Translations under genes and position numbers: made by a program
Shown: positions 1 to 13,800 of the stretch, one piece after another
Layout of the letters: each line of letters opens with the position of its first letter
Numbering within the stretch: the first letter of the stretch is position 1
NCBI GenBank assembly: GCA_043228905.1
Contig: JBHGNT010000018.1
Location: 15,066,001 to 15,130,000, forward strand
Source of the DNA: Azolla caroliniana
Lineage: Eukaryota > Plantae > Polypodiophyta
Length of the DNA: 64,000 bases
Direction: 5' to 3'
Notes under the pieces: model-generated
Databases searched by the model: none
Seen by the model: the letters and a program-made list of their open reading frames with translations, nothing else
What the model was told of the DNA's origin: nothing

Positions 1-17
1 CTATGGTTAAAAAATCA

Positions 18-244
18 GAAGAAGAAGAAGAAGAAGAAGAAGAAAAAGGAAAAAGACAGGGTAAAAAATCTAGCTCTGCTTTCTGATTTCTGACACACAG
101 GTGGAGCAGGAGCAGGAGCAGGAGAAGAAGAAAGGAGAAGGAGAAGGAGAAGGAGAAGGAAGCTTCTTCAGCTTCTTTCTATGTAGTACTGTAATGGTGT
201 GAATAAAGAAGACCAAGAAACCCTCTCTCTCTCTCTCTCTCTCT
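18..244. repeat. Simple-repeat cluster: (GAA)n, (GGAGCA)n, (GAAGGA)n, (CT)n
   Basis: Visible microsatellites at about 18-43, 103-122, 134-160 and 223-244. Confidence 0.9.
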
Positions 245-649
245 GTGTCCTGGCCTGCCTCCCATGGCTGGCTTTGTGGGCGATTTGGGAGAAAGAGACC
301 CTTACCTTTGTGGCCACTTGGGTCGGTCAATTCTCGGGTCGCATCCGTCCGAATGTCCGCCCGCCCACCCATTGGGGTGAACCACCGAATGTGTCTGCCG
401 ATGGCTGGTCATTCGGATTGATCCGTCCATCCGAATACCTGCCCGCCCGCCCATTGGGGGCGAATCGCTAACTGTGACCACCGAAGACCTGAACCAACAC
501 AGCACGGGAATATGGGTTTGGCAGTCTCCATTCAATCCATGACCTCAGAAACCTACCTTCCTTCGCAGCGAGCTAGCTACTGCCACTTCAAGTGGTTCCC
601 ACACTTTCCTTCTCATGTTCCACGTCCATCTTCCCAATGTATCTATCTC

Positions 650-845
650 GAGTGTGTGAGCATGTGATTCTATGGGTAAATGAAAGCATACAAGTATGTA
701 AACATGTATGCGTATGACACGTATCCTGAGTGAGCGTGTGATTTTGTGTGTAAATGAAAGCATACAAGTATGCATTTGTGTATGCGCATGACACTTATCT
801 TGAGTGAGCGTGTGATTCTATGTGTAAATGAAAGCATACGAGTAA
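650..845. repeat. ~74-bp tandem repeat, about 2.6 diverged copies
   Basis: TGAGTGAGCGTGTGATT...GTAAATGAAAGCATAC recurs at about 653, 727 and 801. Confidence 0.85.
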
Positions 846-917
846 TTTGTATATGTGTGAGTTCAAGTGCCTTAGTATGTGTATAAGAGCACTTATGTAA
901 ATTGACTTTGCATAGAT

Positions 918-919
<2 letters not shown>

Positions 920-980
<61 letters not shown>

Positions 981-1260
981 TGTGTGTGTGTGTGTGTTTA
1001 TATTTTATTGTGAGTGTATGTATGTATATGAGCATTTTTGTTTTTATGTATACGTATATATGTGTATATCAATATGCAGAAGTGTGTGTGTGTGTGTGTG
1101 TATTATGTATGTATATGTTTATGTGTATGATTATATATGCATGTGTATTGTATTGGTAAAAATGCTTATATATATGTTAATGTGTAGGATGATTGAGTAT
1201 GTTTGTGTGGGAGTATCTATATGTTGACCTGCATGTGCCAGATGAGTTGTGATTGTGTGT
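920..1260. repeat. (GT)n microsatellite and GT/AT-rich low-complexity tract
   Basis: Long (GT)n at 920-997 and 1082-1100. The overlapping ORFs are only repeat translations. Confidence 0.95.
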
Positions 1261-2299
1261 ATAAATTTCTATGTATATGTGATGTTTATATATGGATGGA
1301 TGTACATACATGTAGATGTAGGGGTATGTTGTGTGGGAGGGGTGTTTTGGGAAATTTGAAGTTTCCCTTGGGTTAGGTCCTTCGGTAACCTAGTATGAAA
1401 GGAAGAGGGAGTGTAACACTGACACAAGAATGGTGTCGTCTGCAACAGATCCAATAACAAAGGCAACAATAAGAGCAGAAGAACTCGCCAATGGTCGCCC
1501 CTCAACCTCCTCTCTTTTCATCTTTCTGCTACTTGTCGGGGTGAGTAGTAGAGAAAGGAGGGTGGAGCATTTCATTTCTCCCTTCCATGGAATTTTCCAC
1601 GAAGGGTCTAGGTCCTCGTGGACCCGATCCGTGAAGGGTTTTCTTTGTCATCGATGTCTTTTGGATGACGGAATGCCTTAGTATAGCGAGTTTGTAATTT
1701 TCCTATTTCAACATGGAAAATGCTTTGGTACTTGGATTTGGATTTGGATTTTTGAGCCGAATATTTTGTTTCGGCCGTCTTGAAGCTTTTTTTTTATGAC
1801 GATGATGGATCCACTAGAACTTTGAGCCAAAATTTCACCTCTTACTAAAATAACTCCTCTTCACATAGATTTATGCTCGAATATTGTGATCCTAATCTGA
1901 AAATTCCCTTGTGATCCTCGAGTAGATATCAATTTTGTAAAAACTTAAAATATACCAAATTGCATCATTCATCAATAAATAAATCGATTTTATAATACAT
2001 CAAATCAATTTTGTTTGCTCTCAACTCATACTAACACTCATGTTTGTATAGATTGACCCTATTACATAGAGTGTATGAAATAATGAAGATAAAAATCAAA
2101 TAGGAGTTGTCTCAAAGTGATGCTTGAGTTTTGGCGTAGAGTCCTCAATCTACAATGAATGGCTACATTGCCTCTTCTTGTGTAGCCTCATGACTTCTGT
2201 CAAGCTAGATTTTGGAAGAGCTTCCGTCTCAAATCCCAATTTTTTCCGTCTTGCTCATTTTATAGCATTTTGGTGCTCCCTCCCAAAAAAAAATAGTGG

Positions 2300-3500
2300 T
2301 GCCTATTTGAACATGCACCATTGCTTTCCCTTTTTTATGCGCCTATCCTTACTTTAACAAGGGCACCTAGTGCTAGCAAAATGATTATCAACATGTTCAT
2401 CCTCATCACTTTCTCATTGTCACCCACATATTCCCTTCGAAAGTTCTAATATAAGTTTGAACCCTTGAACTTACTATTTGGAATGGTTAACTATTGCCAT
2501 CTATCAAGATTCAACTCATTTGTGCTACTTCTTTACCCATAATCCTAACCTATCATAAACTTAGTTCTTGACACTTTCATTGTCTATACACACCATGTCA
2601 TGACAACATACCGAGATTTTGTTGTTACATTTTGTGATAGTGGATAGTGCCTCTTACGAGTCTGAGTTTCTAAGATTGTTTCGCTTGTTCAGGCTTGAAC
2701 ACGGCCTTTCATTTACCATAATTGTTGCAGGTCCATGCTTCTATGATGAACTAGCGTAGTATGGCCGCATCAATAACTTTGTAGTATTCGTTTACGTGGC
2801 ATCCCTATAATGCCTTTTGTGTGGATGAGAGATCTCAAATTATTTTACACTTTATTGTCCAACAAATAATCGTTATCATCATATGCATGCTAATGAATAG
2901 GCATTGCCCAACTCTGCTTCCACCAAACATAGTATAGAATAATTGACCTTGAACCAATCTAATGTGAAAATCACACCTTGAATGTTGATAGATCAAATCA
3001 AGGTGAACCAAAGTGGGTGTTCAAGTCAATCACACCCTTAGAAACTTTAAACACAGTAATGCGTTACAACCATGACAATAAGCCCCACGTCCATATATGT
3101 AAACTTCACGTAGGGAAATTGCTTGGCATTGTTTTCCACCCTATGTCAAGTGTACAAGTATCCCCGTGCAAGTGTTATCATAGACCTTATCAACTTTAAA
3201 ATGCATACATTGACGTTGGTTTGCTTCTTAGTTGTCCTTGGTTCACATGATTATACATTAAGCCCCCTAAACCCTTATAATATATTGTTGTATGACCTAA
3301 TATCATGTTATTGATCATTGTCCTTGCATAGAACATACCCCATGCCCAAGGTCATGCTATCATTGTCTTATATTCCTTGATGATCATGATATAAGTTGGC
3401 GGTTGTTATCCAACCTTAAAGTGTATATATAATGAACAACTCATGGTTATTGAATCTTGGCTTCATCTCACAAATATTTAATAACAAATTGTATTTAAAC
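2300..3500 (-). mobile_element. Possible highly decayed hAT transposase remnant
   Basis: The minus strand near 2660-2735 translates PATIMVNERPCSSLNKRNNLRN, resembling the hAT dimerisation motif P-x-T/S...ER-x-FS...RNRL. Many stops surround it and the boundaries are approximate. Confidence 0.3.
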
Positions 3501-6500
3501 ACGATGACAGACACTTTTGAAGAAAAATAAAGCAACCTTTGATTTGCTATTCTTGCAAATGATTATTCTAACCGCCTTGTTCACGATAGTACATTTTCCC
3601 ATTTTTCAAAAAATATGATTGGCAGAACCTAGGATGTTTCATTCTACATTGAAAATCTAGAGGTTGTACAAACTCATGTCTTTTAAGGATTACTATAATT
3701 GAACACTTATGATTGCTTACTTTTTATCTCGTGGTGAATTACATGGTCATCCAAAGTGCGAGATAAAACATTAACAAAATTATGTCATTTTTAAGTCCAA
3801 CTTACTTCATTTGCATCCCATGCATTGTGTACAACTCTTGGCAATTGGGTTGATTTCAAAGTTTTTGCTTCTATGACGCTATTTAGATTTTTTAGCATCA
3901 ATATGATTACTAGTTTGCATCACTTACTATCAAGGATCGTCCTATTCAATCGATAAAACTACAATAAAAGAGTATGCATTGTCAACCCTGTGTGCCATAA
4001 TATGGACCATACGTGCATTCGCATTCGAGAATGTTTCATTTTTTTTTCCCAAAAAAAACTCTTTCCATTAGTTATAAAATTTTACAAATGAGATTGTTAT
4101 GTACAAATCCCTGTAGGGGTGCGATAGTTCCATCTTATGTGGATGCCCACTGACTCAAGAAAGGGAGACGACAACCATTGTTAGATGAAGGCTATTCGTT
4201 GTCTTTCAACTCCATCAGAGCCGCCCTTGAGGCCATCATATGGTAAACCCCCTCGAAGTATGATAAATACTATACTTTTGTATTCGTTATTTATCATAAG
4301 GCAATTTTTTTAAAGGTAAGAAAGTTAAGGTAAAAAGTGTAAAAAAAACATGAGAATGTTTTGATAACATATGCATTCATATGAAAAAGACTGTTTGCCA
4401 ATGCATTTGAGTATATTACGTACTATGCTTTGCACAATTCCTAGCCAATCTTTCAAGGTTGATGCCTACATAACTCCACTATTGTCTTGAGGATTGAGGA
4501 TACATAGTATTAATTTAGATTAATACAAATAGAAGTGTTGGAACTTGTCTACATTCACATGATTGCACATAATTTCGTTGGTTGAGTAGGTAGAGATGAA
4601 TGGATATGTTAAGATCAAATAAGTAGATACATTACAAAATGGTTGGGAATGAACATGTTGGTTATAATTTTTAAAATTGTTGTCAATGAACTACCTAATC
4701 TTTTTAACATTTACTTGTATTGTAGTTAAACTCGCTAGAGGGCATCAAATCTTTAGTGTTGCACAAAGAATGTTACTATTTATATCGCAAATATGTATTC
4801 CACAAAAGTGATGTTTTATCTCGAGGTAAATTTAGCCCTTGGCCAAGTAATAATAAGGGCTACTCTAGAATTTATTGCAATTCGTAAAAGGTCACAAAAC
4901 CTCTCCCAATTCTCGAAACACTAAATAAACATAGGAAGAAGGAAGAGTATATAGTATATACTGTTGTTTTTTAGGATTTGAACATGAACCTTAACCTTCA
5001 AAACTTAAGAATCAAGATTATCAGTTGACAATTAGAACCTCGTTATCCAAGATAATCTATCAAGTGATTGCAAATAATCAAACATATTTACATTGTGGCA
5101 TTTTTTGGAAGTTGGTGACCTTGGGTCGTGTTCAAGTGGCATTTAAGAAGTTACAACAATATTTTGATGTCATTAGTTTTTGGATGGTCTTATTGCCTCT
5201 ATTCAAGTATTTATTTTTTTCAATTTTCATAATCGACCATGTGTGGTATTGAAGAGAGTTGCGACCACTTGTTGGTATGGTGAGTATAATGAAACAAAAA
5301 CTTAACCACACATTTATTGTCTAAAAAAATGCAATGTGTTACCCATATAGGTGTACGGGAGGGTTAATGTGTAATGTATAAGGTGTAATGTGGAAACATT
5401 GAATAGAGAGTGTGTGTTTACACATTTGGCTTTTTGTATGCATGTGTACAAGAGTGGGGAAGTAGGTGTAACTACCCCCATTCGGCTTTTTGTAATGTTT
5501 GATCAAATATTGTACTATTTAAACCCCACCCATGGGGCATGAAAGAAGGAAGGAAATATAGTGAAGTTACCCCCAACTCGTTTCTATCTCGATTCCCTCT
5601 CTCTCATTCTCTCTCTGTATGTGTCTCTCTTCCTCTCTCCCACATTCGAACCCCTTGGGAGCCACCCCCCACCCATCAACAAATGATGCTATTACTATCC
5701 CTATTCATGTCATATATTTATAAAAATAATACATTGACAATAACACGCTTGATAGAATCACATTACAACGCCGCTGAGATGACATAAAATTTCATGTTTC
5801 TCCAAGGAAAAAGAATGCATTTCAAATGCCTTGTTCACATTAAGAGGGATATTTTGATACTTATTCTAAACCTAACTTGCAATTAATATGGTTCTCCTTG
5901 AAGAAATTGAACCACAATTTGTTTCATTGGTTTTCTCCATATAGAGAGGATATATAAAGTGTGAGCATATACGAGACAAATGTGAAACAAAATGATGTTC
6001 CATGTTAGTGCATGTTGTGATATCTCGCTTCGTAAGTCAACTTTCCATTATAATAAAAAACACGGAATAAAGTGTTAACGTAATGTGGATATTTATTGTA
6101 CAAATTCATTGTATTGGGACACACACTGAGAAAACTTTGTCATGGAACCTTCTGACATAACATAACTCTCCATATACATACTGGTCTATCATCAACTTGG
6201 AGAAATCAGGGGATTTCTTAATGCAAGGTAGTCTAATAATTAATGATCACATTGGTCGATTGTCAATAGCTCACTAGAAGAATATTGGTTTTACAAAGTT
6301 CTCATTATGTCAATTGGTTTTTAGCCACTAATATTGAATTAAGAAATAAGGTTATCGTATGGAGAGTATGATAATAATAGCCATATGCAAGACTCCAAAG
6401 CACGGGCATAATTATGTTAATCTCGAGCTTCATGCATTTAAGCTCCATTGTTCCATAAAATAAGTTTTTGATGACTACATTTGCTCCTACTACTTTGTTT

Positions 6501-7876
6501 CTCAAGGATATTCTTAGGAGAAAAACTATTTGAGTGGAAAGAAACCCTATTTTAATTCAATTGGTTTTTGAATGGTTTTTGAAGTAGACAGATGAGATAT
6601 AACATGTCACTTCTCACGTGGATGGAGCATTATGGTGTTGGAAACAATCTCTCACAAAAAACAGCTAAAACTATTATTTGTTTCCAACATTTTAGTGTGA
6701 ATCGGGCAAATTCTGATGTCTCTAACACCATTCATGACATGCAAAGTTGTCCATTATTGCCTAATTCTTTGGTCTCTATATTAGAGGTTGCAAGATATAT
6801 GTTATGAAGTGGAGGACAATAAATTCACATCGTGCCATCCAAGACGATATTCTTATATTGTGCTAGTCATAAGTAGATTTTCAACAACTTGCAATTGATG
6901 AGTTTCAAAGACAAACAGGGCTCACATGAAAGATGCACTATTCACATATTGTCATATGTAAATGGTATATTTTCTATTCTCATAGGTAGATCTTTGACAA
7001 CATCAAATTGTAATAGATGAATTTCGAAGACAAGGTTTAATGAGATGATAGTGACGGTTTCAAAGGCTAGTGGATTGAGAACAATTGACAACTGCTCTTG
7101 TTGCATTCGCAACCAATACGGCATAAGGCAGTTTGGACTCCTCAACCAACAATATCAACGTGGAGGTACAACTTTGTTGATACATAGATGCATTCTCAAT
7201 GTAACACACTTGGAGGTGACACAAATATCTAGTAGAACTACATCAAGGAGATATGCATCACATGAAGCCAACAGTTCTATGAAAGATATATTACAATAAC
7301 CAATTGATATGGACATCAAAGATCTATGTATCACGTAAAGGCAACCCCTTTCATTTAAGATGTATTACAATGATCAACATGCATATCAAAGACTTGGTTC
7401 ATACAAATGGATTTGGAGTCTCAAGGAGAAAGGGGATCACAGTGACATCCTATAGATGCACCATCCAAACAAGGAGGTAAACTCAACTAAATGTAGTTCA
7501 TCCAAACATCCGACATTACTCAAACAAGAGTCACACTGGAAATTGTCACCAAATTTTGCAACTAGTTTTAAGAATTTCATAATTCTTTTTTATTCTCTAA
7601 TAAACAAATCAATTCTTCAAAAATTTAGATTTAATTGGGTCCACTTCTTGGATTCCTAAAGACTTTGCCTTCTTTGGAGATAAAGGTAGGTCACTTTGTC
7701 ATTGAAACTTATTTGCATTCGTGAAATTAACGACTATTCATTAACGTTCTTATATTTACCCTCTCATTAACCACTAGTTAATATAATATGGAAGTATTTA
7801 AAACAATGGCAAATATATTATTCTTTTTCAGATTGTCAAAAACTTTGGGATAAATAGGTACAATCCTTGCCAATGC

Positions 7877-10800
7877 TTAGAATTGTTTAACTGCTTGCTC
7901 AAAAATGAACTCAAGGATTTCATCAACAGCAGATTGTTTTGCTTCCATCTGTCACAATCATCAGGTTTGTACAAGACATGAGAAACGATCGCAATAAAAC
8001 CAATTCAGTATAATTGTGAATTAGATTCAACTATGTCATCTTTGATCATCGAAATTTATATACTCATATATGAATTACATATATTAATGTTATCTTCGAT
8101 CATTGAAGTTTACACTCATATCTTTGATTAACATGTCACATCATCTAGTTACATCTATAATGGCTTGAGGTTTCTGCATATCAAAGCATATTATGCTCAA
8201 CCACACATGAAACTTTTACATCCTTAGCAATGGATACAATATATAGATTCAATAATTCACATCCAATGTACCCAAAAACATTGATAATGCCAAGTTCATT
8301 GCCTTTCAAATCCATGTATAAAGCAACTTGGTTAATGTTATTGAACATGAACAACCCATTGCAATCACTCCACGATATCATGGTACACAACTCTAGCCAA
8401 TTTGAAGGGCCATATGACTATAGTTACTCTTAGATGTTGAGAAAGGCTAAGGTATCACAAATCGGAAATTGGTGGGAGAGAAGATAACTATTTCATACCC
8501 TTGGGAGTTGATTTTGAAAAACTACTGCTATAGACATCATTGGTCTTCATTAGAAACCAAGGCTAGTTTTCTGCAATGACGTGCACATTCATCTTAGGTA
8601 GACCCTACATGGTCAACTGTTGAGGACTTCAGGTATATTGAAGTGTTTGCCATTGCAGTTGAATCTTGTTATCAGACTAATAACTAAGATGTTCTATGTT
8701 GATTGCATATCAACAAAAGGCCCCCATGTTTTGTATCTCATGTACTACCTAGCATGAAAAAAAACCTCGATATGATATTGATATTGATATTGATTGCCTT
8801 GGAGAGAGTTTTGCATGCATTTGGATATGGGTTTTCTCTCTGTTCAAAAGGATGAATTTTCATGCATTGTTCGTTGGGAGAATGAAGCCCAAAGATTCTG
8901 AAGGGACAATTAAAGGATCGAAAGCCAATGAATTACCTGCCAGTTCAATAAAGCTTCCAGACCTTCCTCACATTTGAAGTAAAGTAAAAATGGCTTATCC
9001 CTGAATTTGCAGGCACTCAAACGATCCAATGTTGCAGTGGTTAAATGTTTGCAGGGGATATTAGCACTCTTCTTCTTCAAGATCCTGTAGTAATTTTCCA
9101 GCCTTTCAGCTTCTTCTTTATCAGCTTTCTCTTTGCTCCTCTGAATAAGCATCGCAAAATGACCCTTTATCACATCGACAATCCGTAGACTTTCTTTACT
9201 CCAATCCAACTTTTTGTTTCCTGCCTGGGAAGGAGTCTCTGTTACAACCTATGTCTGACATATAATGTGAGCATGAAAACATAAAATATAACAGAACATT
9301 GCAATGTATCCTAAGATTTTACGAAAATTTCTACATAGAATCCATGTAAGGAATCATCAAGATTGATTTGGATAATGATCTTTAGCATAGGAATATTCTG
9401 CAAAAAAACAATAATATACTAATAACTAGTGGCTAGGAAAGTGGGAGCTTTTAATGTTTCTCTACGTATGCACTCAAGAGGATGCCTTATATGTCACACT
9501 ATGAAAATAACATGAAATTTGAAAGAAAGGATCTGATAACTGTGACACATATAGGAAGCAGTAGATAAACAACACTATGTGTGCAAGACAGTTCAAAAGC
9601 TACTAACTACTGGCTATGAAAAGTGGGAGCTTACAACTTTCCACTTCATATGCATTTAGGAAGTCGCCTTATATGTCACACTATGACAACAACATGAAGT
9701 TTGCAAGAAAGGATTTGATAACTTTTGTACATATAGGAAGGAATAGATAGACAACACTATGTGTGCAAGACAGTTCATGAACATTAAAATTCTCAGAACA
9801 ACATAATCTCTATGACGGTTTCGCAATTTCGGAAGAATCAGATACCCCTGTGGTTGCCCAACTGTTGGGATTTAAACGAGGTAGTTCATATAATGGCTTC
9901 TCAAGCAGGGCAGGATCAGATGCATCCACAAACACGTGGTTATAGGCTGTTGAGATACAATAAGAATGACAGAATTTTTTCTCAGGTTCAGGTTGTTACG
10001 ATTTCCTCTATGGATGGTATTAGATATCTTGTCTATTGAAATATGAACATTGATGTCTTTCTTTAGTATTCATGACTACTAGCTTACTTTAGAAGCTCCA
10101 CTTGTTGATGCCACCTGACCTTCAGCATCAAGATTCTCAATTACATTACTGGGATAGTTTAGCATGTCCAACTCCAAGTATGGTAGATTCTCCATCAGGC
10201 ATTCCATTTCTTTACTCTGTTCCTCAGTCAAAGCTGGATATTCCCGAAAATGTCTATAAGAAATTGGAAGGGTATTTTCAGTTTTTGGGGGTTTCTTGAA
10301 TGGTTTTTTCTTCAAAACTGGAGGTGAGGTATAATAAATGGGTCTCAAGTCTCCCCTTGCATGAGAACAAATTTGTTTTCTGGCTTTGGAGATGTTACCA
10401 AAGGTATCCTCTTCAAACTCATTTTTTTGCAAACTATCAAGAATTTCCTCTCCATCAAAAGATGATGGGAAATATTTCTTAACAAAAGTATGTAGAAGAA
10501 TATCATTTGGAGTACTGCGGATTGTTTCAGAAATGTGGATTAAATCCCTTTCCTCCAGCTGAGTTTTAAAAGTATCTTTACCAAAAATTTCATACCCGTG
10601 ACCACCTTCATGAAAAACAAAAATGCGTGTGCTGGGTCCTTTAAGCAGATATCCTGATGGCTTTGCTGAGCGTATTCTTTCAAAGAATTTGGAGATAGAT
10701 ATGCCCTGTTTGGAATGTGCTAATTTCTTTCCAGGGCCATGCTTGTCTACCTTTGAGACCTTTGGAGAAAAATGTTTATCATTAGCAGAAAATGTTGTCA

Positions 10801-13800
10801 CTGCCTGCTTTGAAAAAACATTCTTTTCTTTGGAAGAGCTTGCTGCTGAAGTAATCTTTGCAGAACCATGTTTAGGTTTACCCTTCGAAGTACTATTGAC
10901 ACGGAGAATTTCGAAGTTACAACCTTCTGAAACACGAAAACCATTACCAGTGCAATCCTCATGCGATATTATGCCCTTGTCCTGTTTCAAAAGCAGAAAA
11001 CAACAATCAATCTACACACATAAGAATCTCGGTCTGGCATTATGTCAATGACTAATTTCTGAGGAAATTTGGCAGTATAATCTCTTACCAAATCAAATAT
11101 ATACAATCTATCTCGTTGTTGCTGGTGACATTCTTTGTCTAGAATGTGTGTATGCTCCCAGATATCAAGATCTTTCACCTTATCAGCTGGATTTTCGCTA
11201 ATTATTGTTGTTGTCATATTAGAAGCATCCAGAATGACAGAACCTCCTTTGGTATAAACACATTTTCCATCTGGCAAAGAGAGATGCAATCCACCACTTT
11301 CTTTGCACCATTTAAGGTTATATTGATTTTGACCACATAAAAATTCCATCATGGTATTCTTTGTATCTGAATAGACAGTAGGATAGTTTTCCTTTTGGAT
11401 TTGCCAAATCATTGAATGTGATTCTGTGCCATGCGGACTTGCAAAAGAATCATCACAGGAATTTGGAGACTCCTTATCAGTACTACTAATACTGAGGTTA
11501 TTTGCAGACTCTGGCATCTGCTCTTGGGATATGGAGCAATTTTCACAAGATGGAATGCCAACATGAACATATTCATTAGATAAACGACCAAGATGACTTG
11601 AGTACATATGAGTTCCATCAGAATGGTAGACTATTAACTCATCTTTCTTAGTCTGCACTGTAGTTACAAGGTCCTCACGGCTTTCTATATGACATGCTGT
11701 TTGAAAATCAGCTATCTGGACTACCCTTCTCTTTGGCAACAGATAGAGAGTGGGCTTCAATGCATGCTCAGATGTAACTTTAACTAAACCATCATATGGA
11801 TTGATTGTTTTAATTTCTTTTTCCTCTGGGGGTGCTATTGATGTCTCTGCAGCACCTTTCTTCTTCTTACTAGCTGTCATTTCTCTTGGGGTCTCCTTCT
11901 TTGCCTGTTTAGATTCCTTCTGAGTCTTTGATTTCACGTTTTTTTCTTCCCCTACTTTGATTTCTACTTTTTTTGATTCTCCATTATCTAAAGGCTCGTC
12001 AGGGTTCAACTGATCAACTTGATTCTTTGTACCTTCTGATCCCACCTGTACATGTGAATTGAGCTTAAGCTTCACATGAGTCTCCCCTCATCAGAATAAA
12101 TAAATCATTATTTTTATCTTAATGTAAGAAATCCTGCTCTCGTAAGGCCTTTCCCCTGTATACATTGCAACATCCCATCTGAATTGCACACAGAAACCAA
12201 CGAGAAATCTAGTGGCCAACAACCTAAGAAATACTGATGTGCAACACGCTGTCAGAGGCTATATGAGGGCCAGGGAAAAGCATAAACAACAGAATCTTTG
12301 GAATCCAGAAATGTGACAGAGTAACTTGAAAGTTTTTCTTAACAGTATGACCAAGCTGAATGACAGATAAGGGAATTCAGTTACAGGGTGGTTGCATTGC
12401 CCAAACTACTCAAGAGGGTTGTGCAGATCATTGTTACTCTCAATTATAAGACGATACTTTTTACTTTTAAGAATCACCATATTTACCATTATATGGTGAT
12501 ATCATAAGGTTTTCTCGCATAGGGGATACTTTCAATTATACTGTTTAACTATACAATGTTACTGTTTACCTTAAGAACCGCCATATTTACCATCATACAA
12601 TGATATTTTAAAATTTGCTACCATGGGATATATAATACTATTAGGGAACTTCAATGCATGAAAAACAAGTTTTTTTGACAAAAAGGAAGCCGTGTATGAA
12701 GAAAACTGCAGCAGAAGAAGTTGGCCTAAAGTGATAAGCTCAAGAGACAGGAAAAAGTAGCAGAAAATGGCAAACACTTTTTGGTCCTCGAGGAGTGCCA
12801 TGGATTATTAATATACAATGACCAAGATCAAATGCTTTGACATCTTGGAACCCCAAGGGAGGCGTACGCACAGTCGCTTACCTGATGGTTTCTCCATGCC
12901 TTCTACCAAGATAAGAGTTCACCATTTCCAGTAGATCTAGTGGTTTGACAACAGATCATGCACATCTACACTTTAGGGATGGATGGCAAAAGGATGTGTA
13001 TGCTAAATAGGGGACTGTTGATATCAAATGCCAATTTACTAGGGAGAGAGTTGATTTTCGCAGTCCTTTTGCCTCCCTAGAGGATGTGATACTAAGCTTG
13101 TCAAAGCCATTGCATTTGCGACCACAAATACCTTCCCCACACTACAGTTGGGAACACATCCATGTAGTAGAGACACGCAGTGATTGGTATGACGAAGAAT
13201 GTTGTGATGCAAGGTGATGCTTGCAATGAGAAGTCACCCAGAAGATTCATACACATAAACAAGCAAGAACAACCTTCCAATGCGTTGTGAGGCAGAAGGA
13301 GAGAGCATATTTGGCTAAATTTGAAGCAGAGGTCAATGGGTTATTCCTAGAACATTTAAGCAAAAGGGCTCAGAAAATGTTCAATGGGAGGCAGCCTAGT
13401 TCACATTTGACCTCCCCTCATGCTTGGCATGAACATGCAAAGGTACTCTATGATGGTTTTGGGAGCTCCCATAGCAAGGTACTCAAGGTTTGCATTTATG
13501 TCATCAAAGCAGTTTGTTGAACGAAGAGATAACCTTTTGCATGGCATAAATATAAAAGCATTACTGCTATTCCAATATAGCTTGGATTGTCCACACCTGA
13601 ATATGACTTAAGTAGAAAAGAATAGATTAATCTGAACTGTTATCATTAAATTGGATAATTAAAGCACATGGATCAGCTCTGCAATATCTCTTTATAGAAA
13701 GATGGCCCACTACAATGGACTCTTTTTATGTGCATAGCAAGATGAACTTATTAATGAGGCATTGTTATACAGCTACACATCTATCTCATGTGCTCCGTAC

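Noticed and set aside
670-1227. HT/VC-repeat ORFs
   Set aside because: Translations of the (GT)n microsatellite.
3500-7800. Possible genes or transposase remnants
   Set aside because: Only short ORFs without identifiable motifs; probably decayed repeats that I cannot assign by eye.
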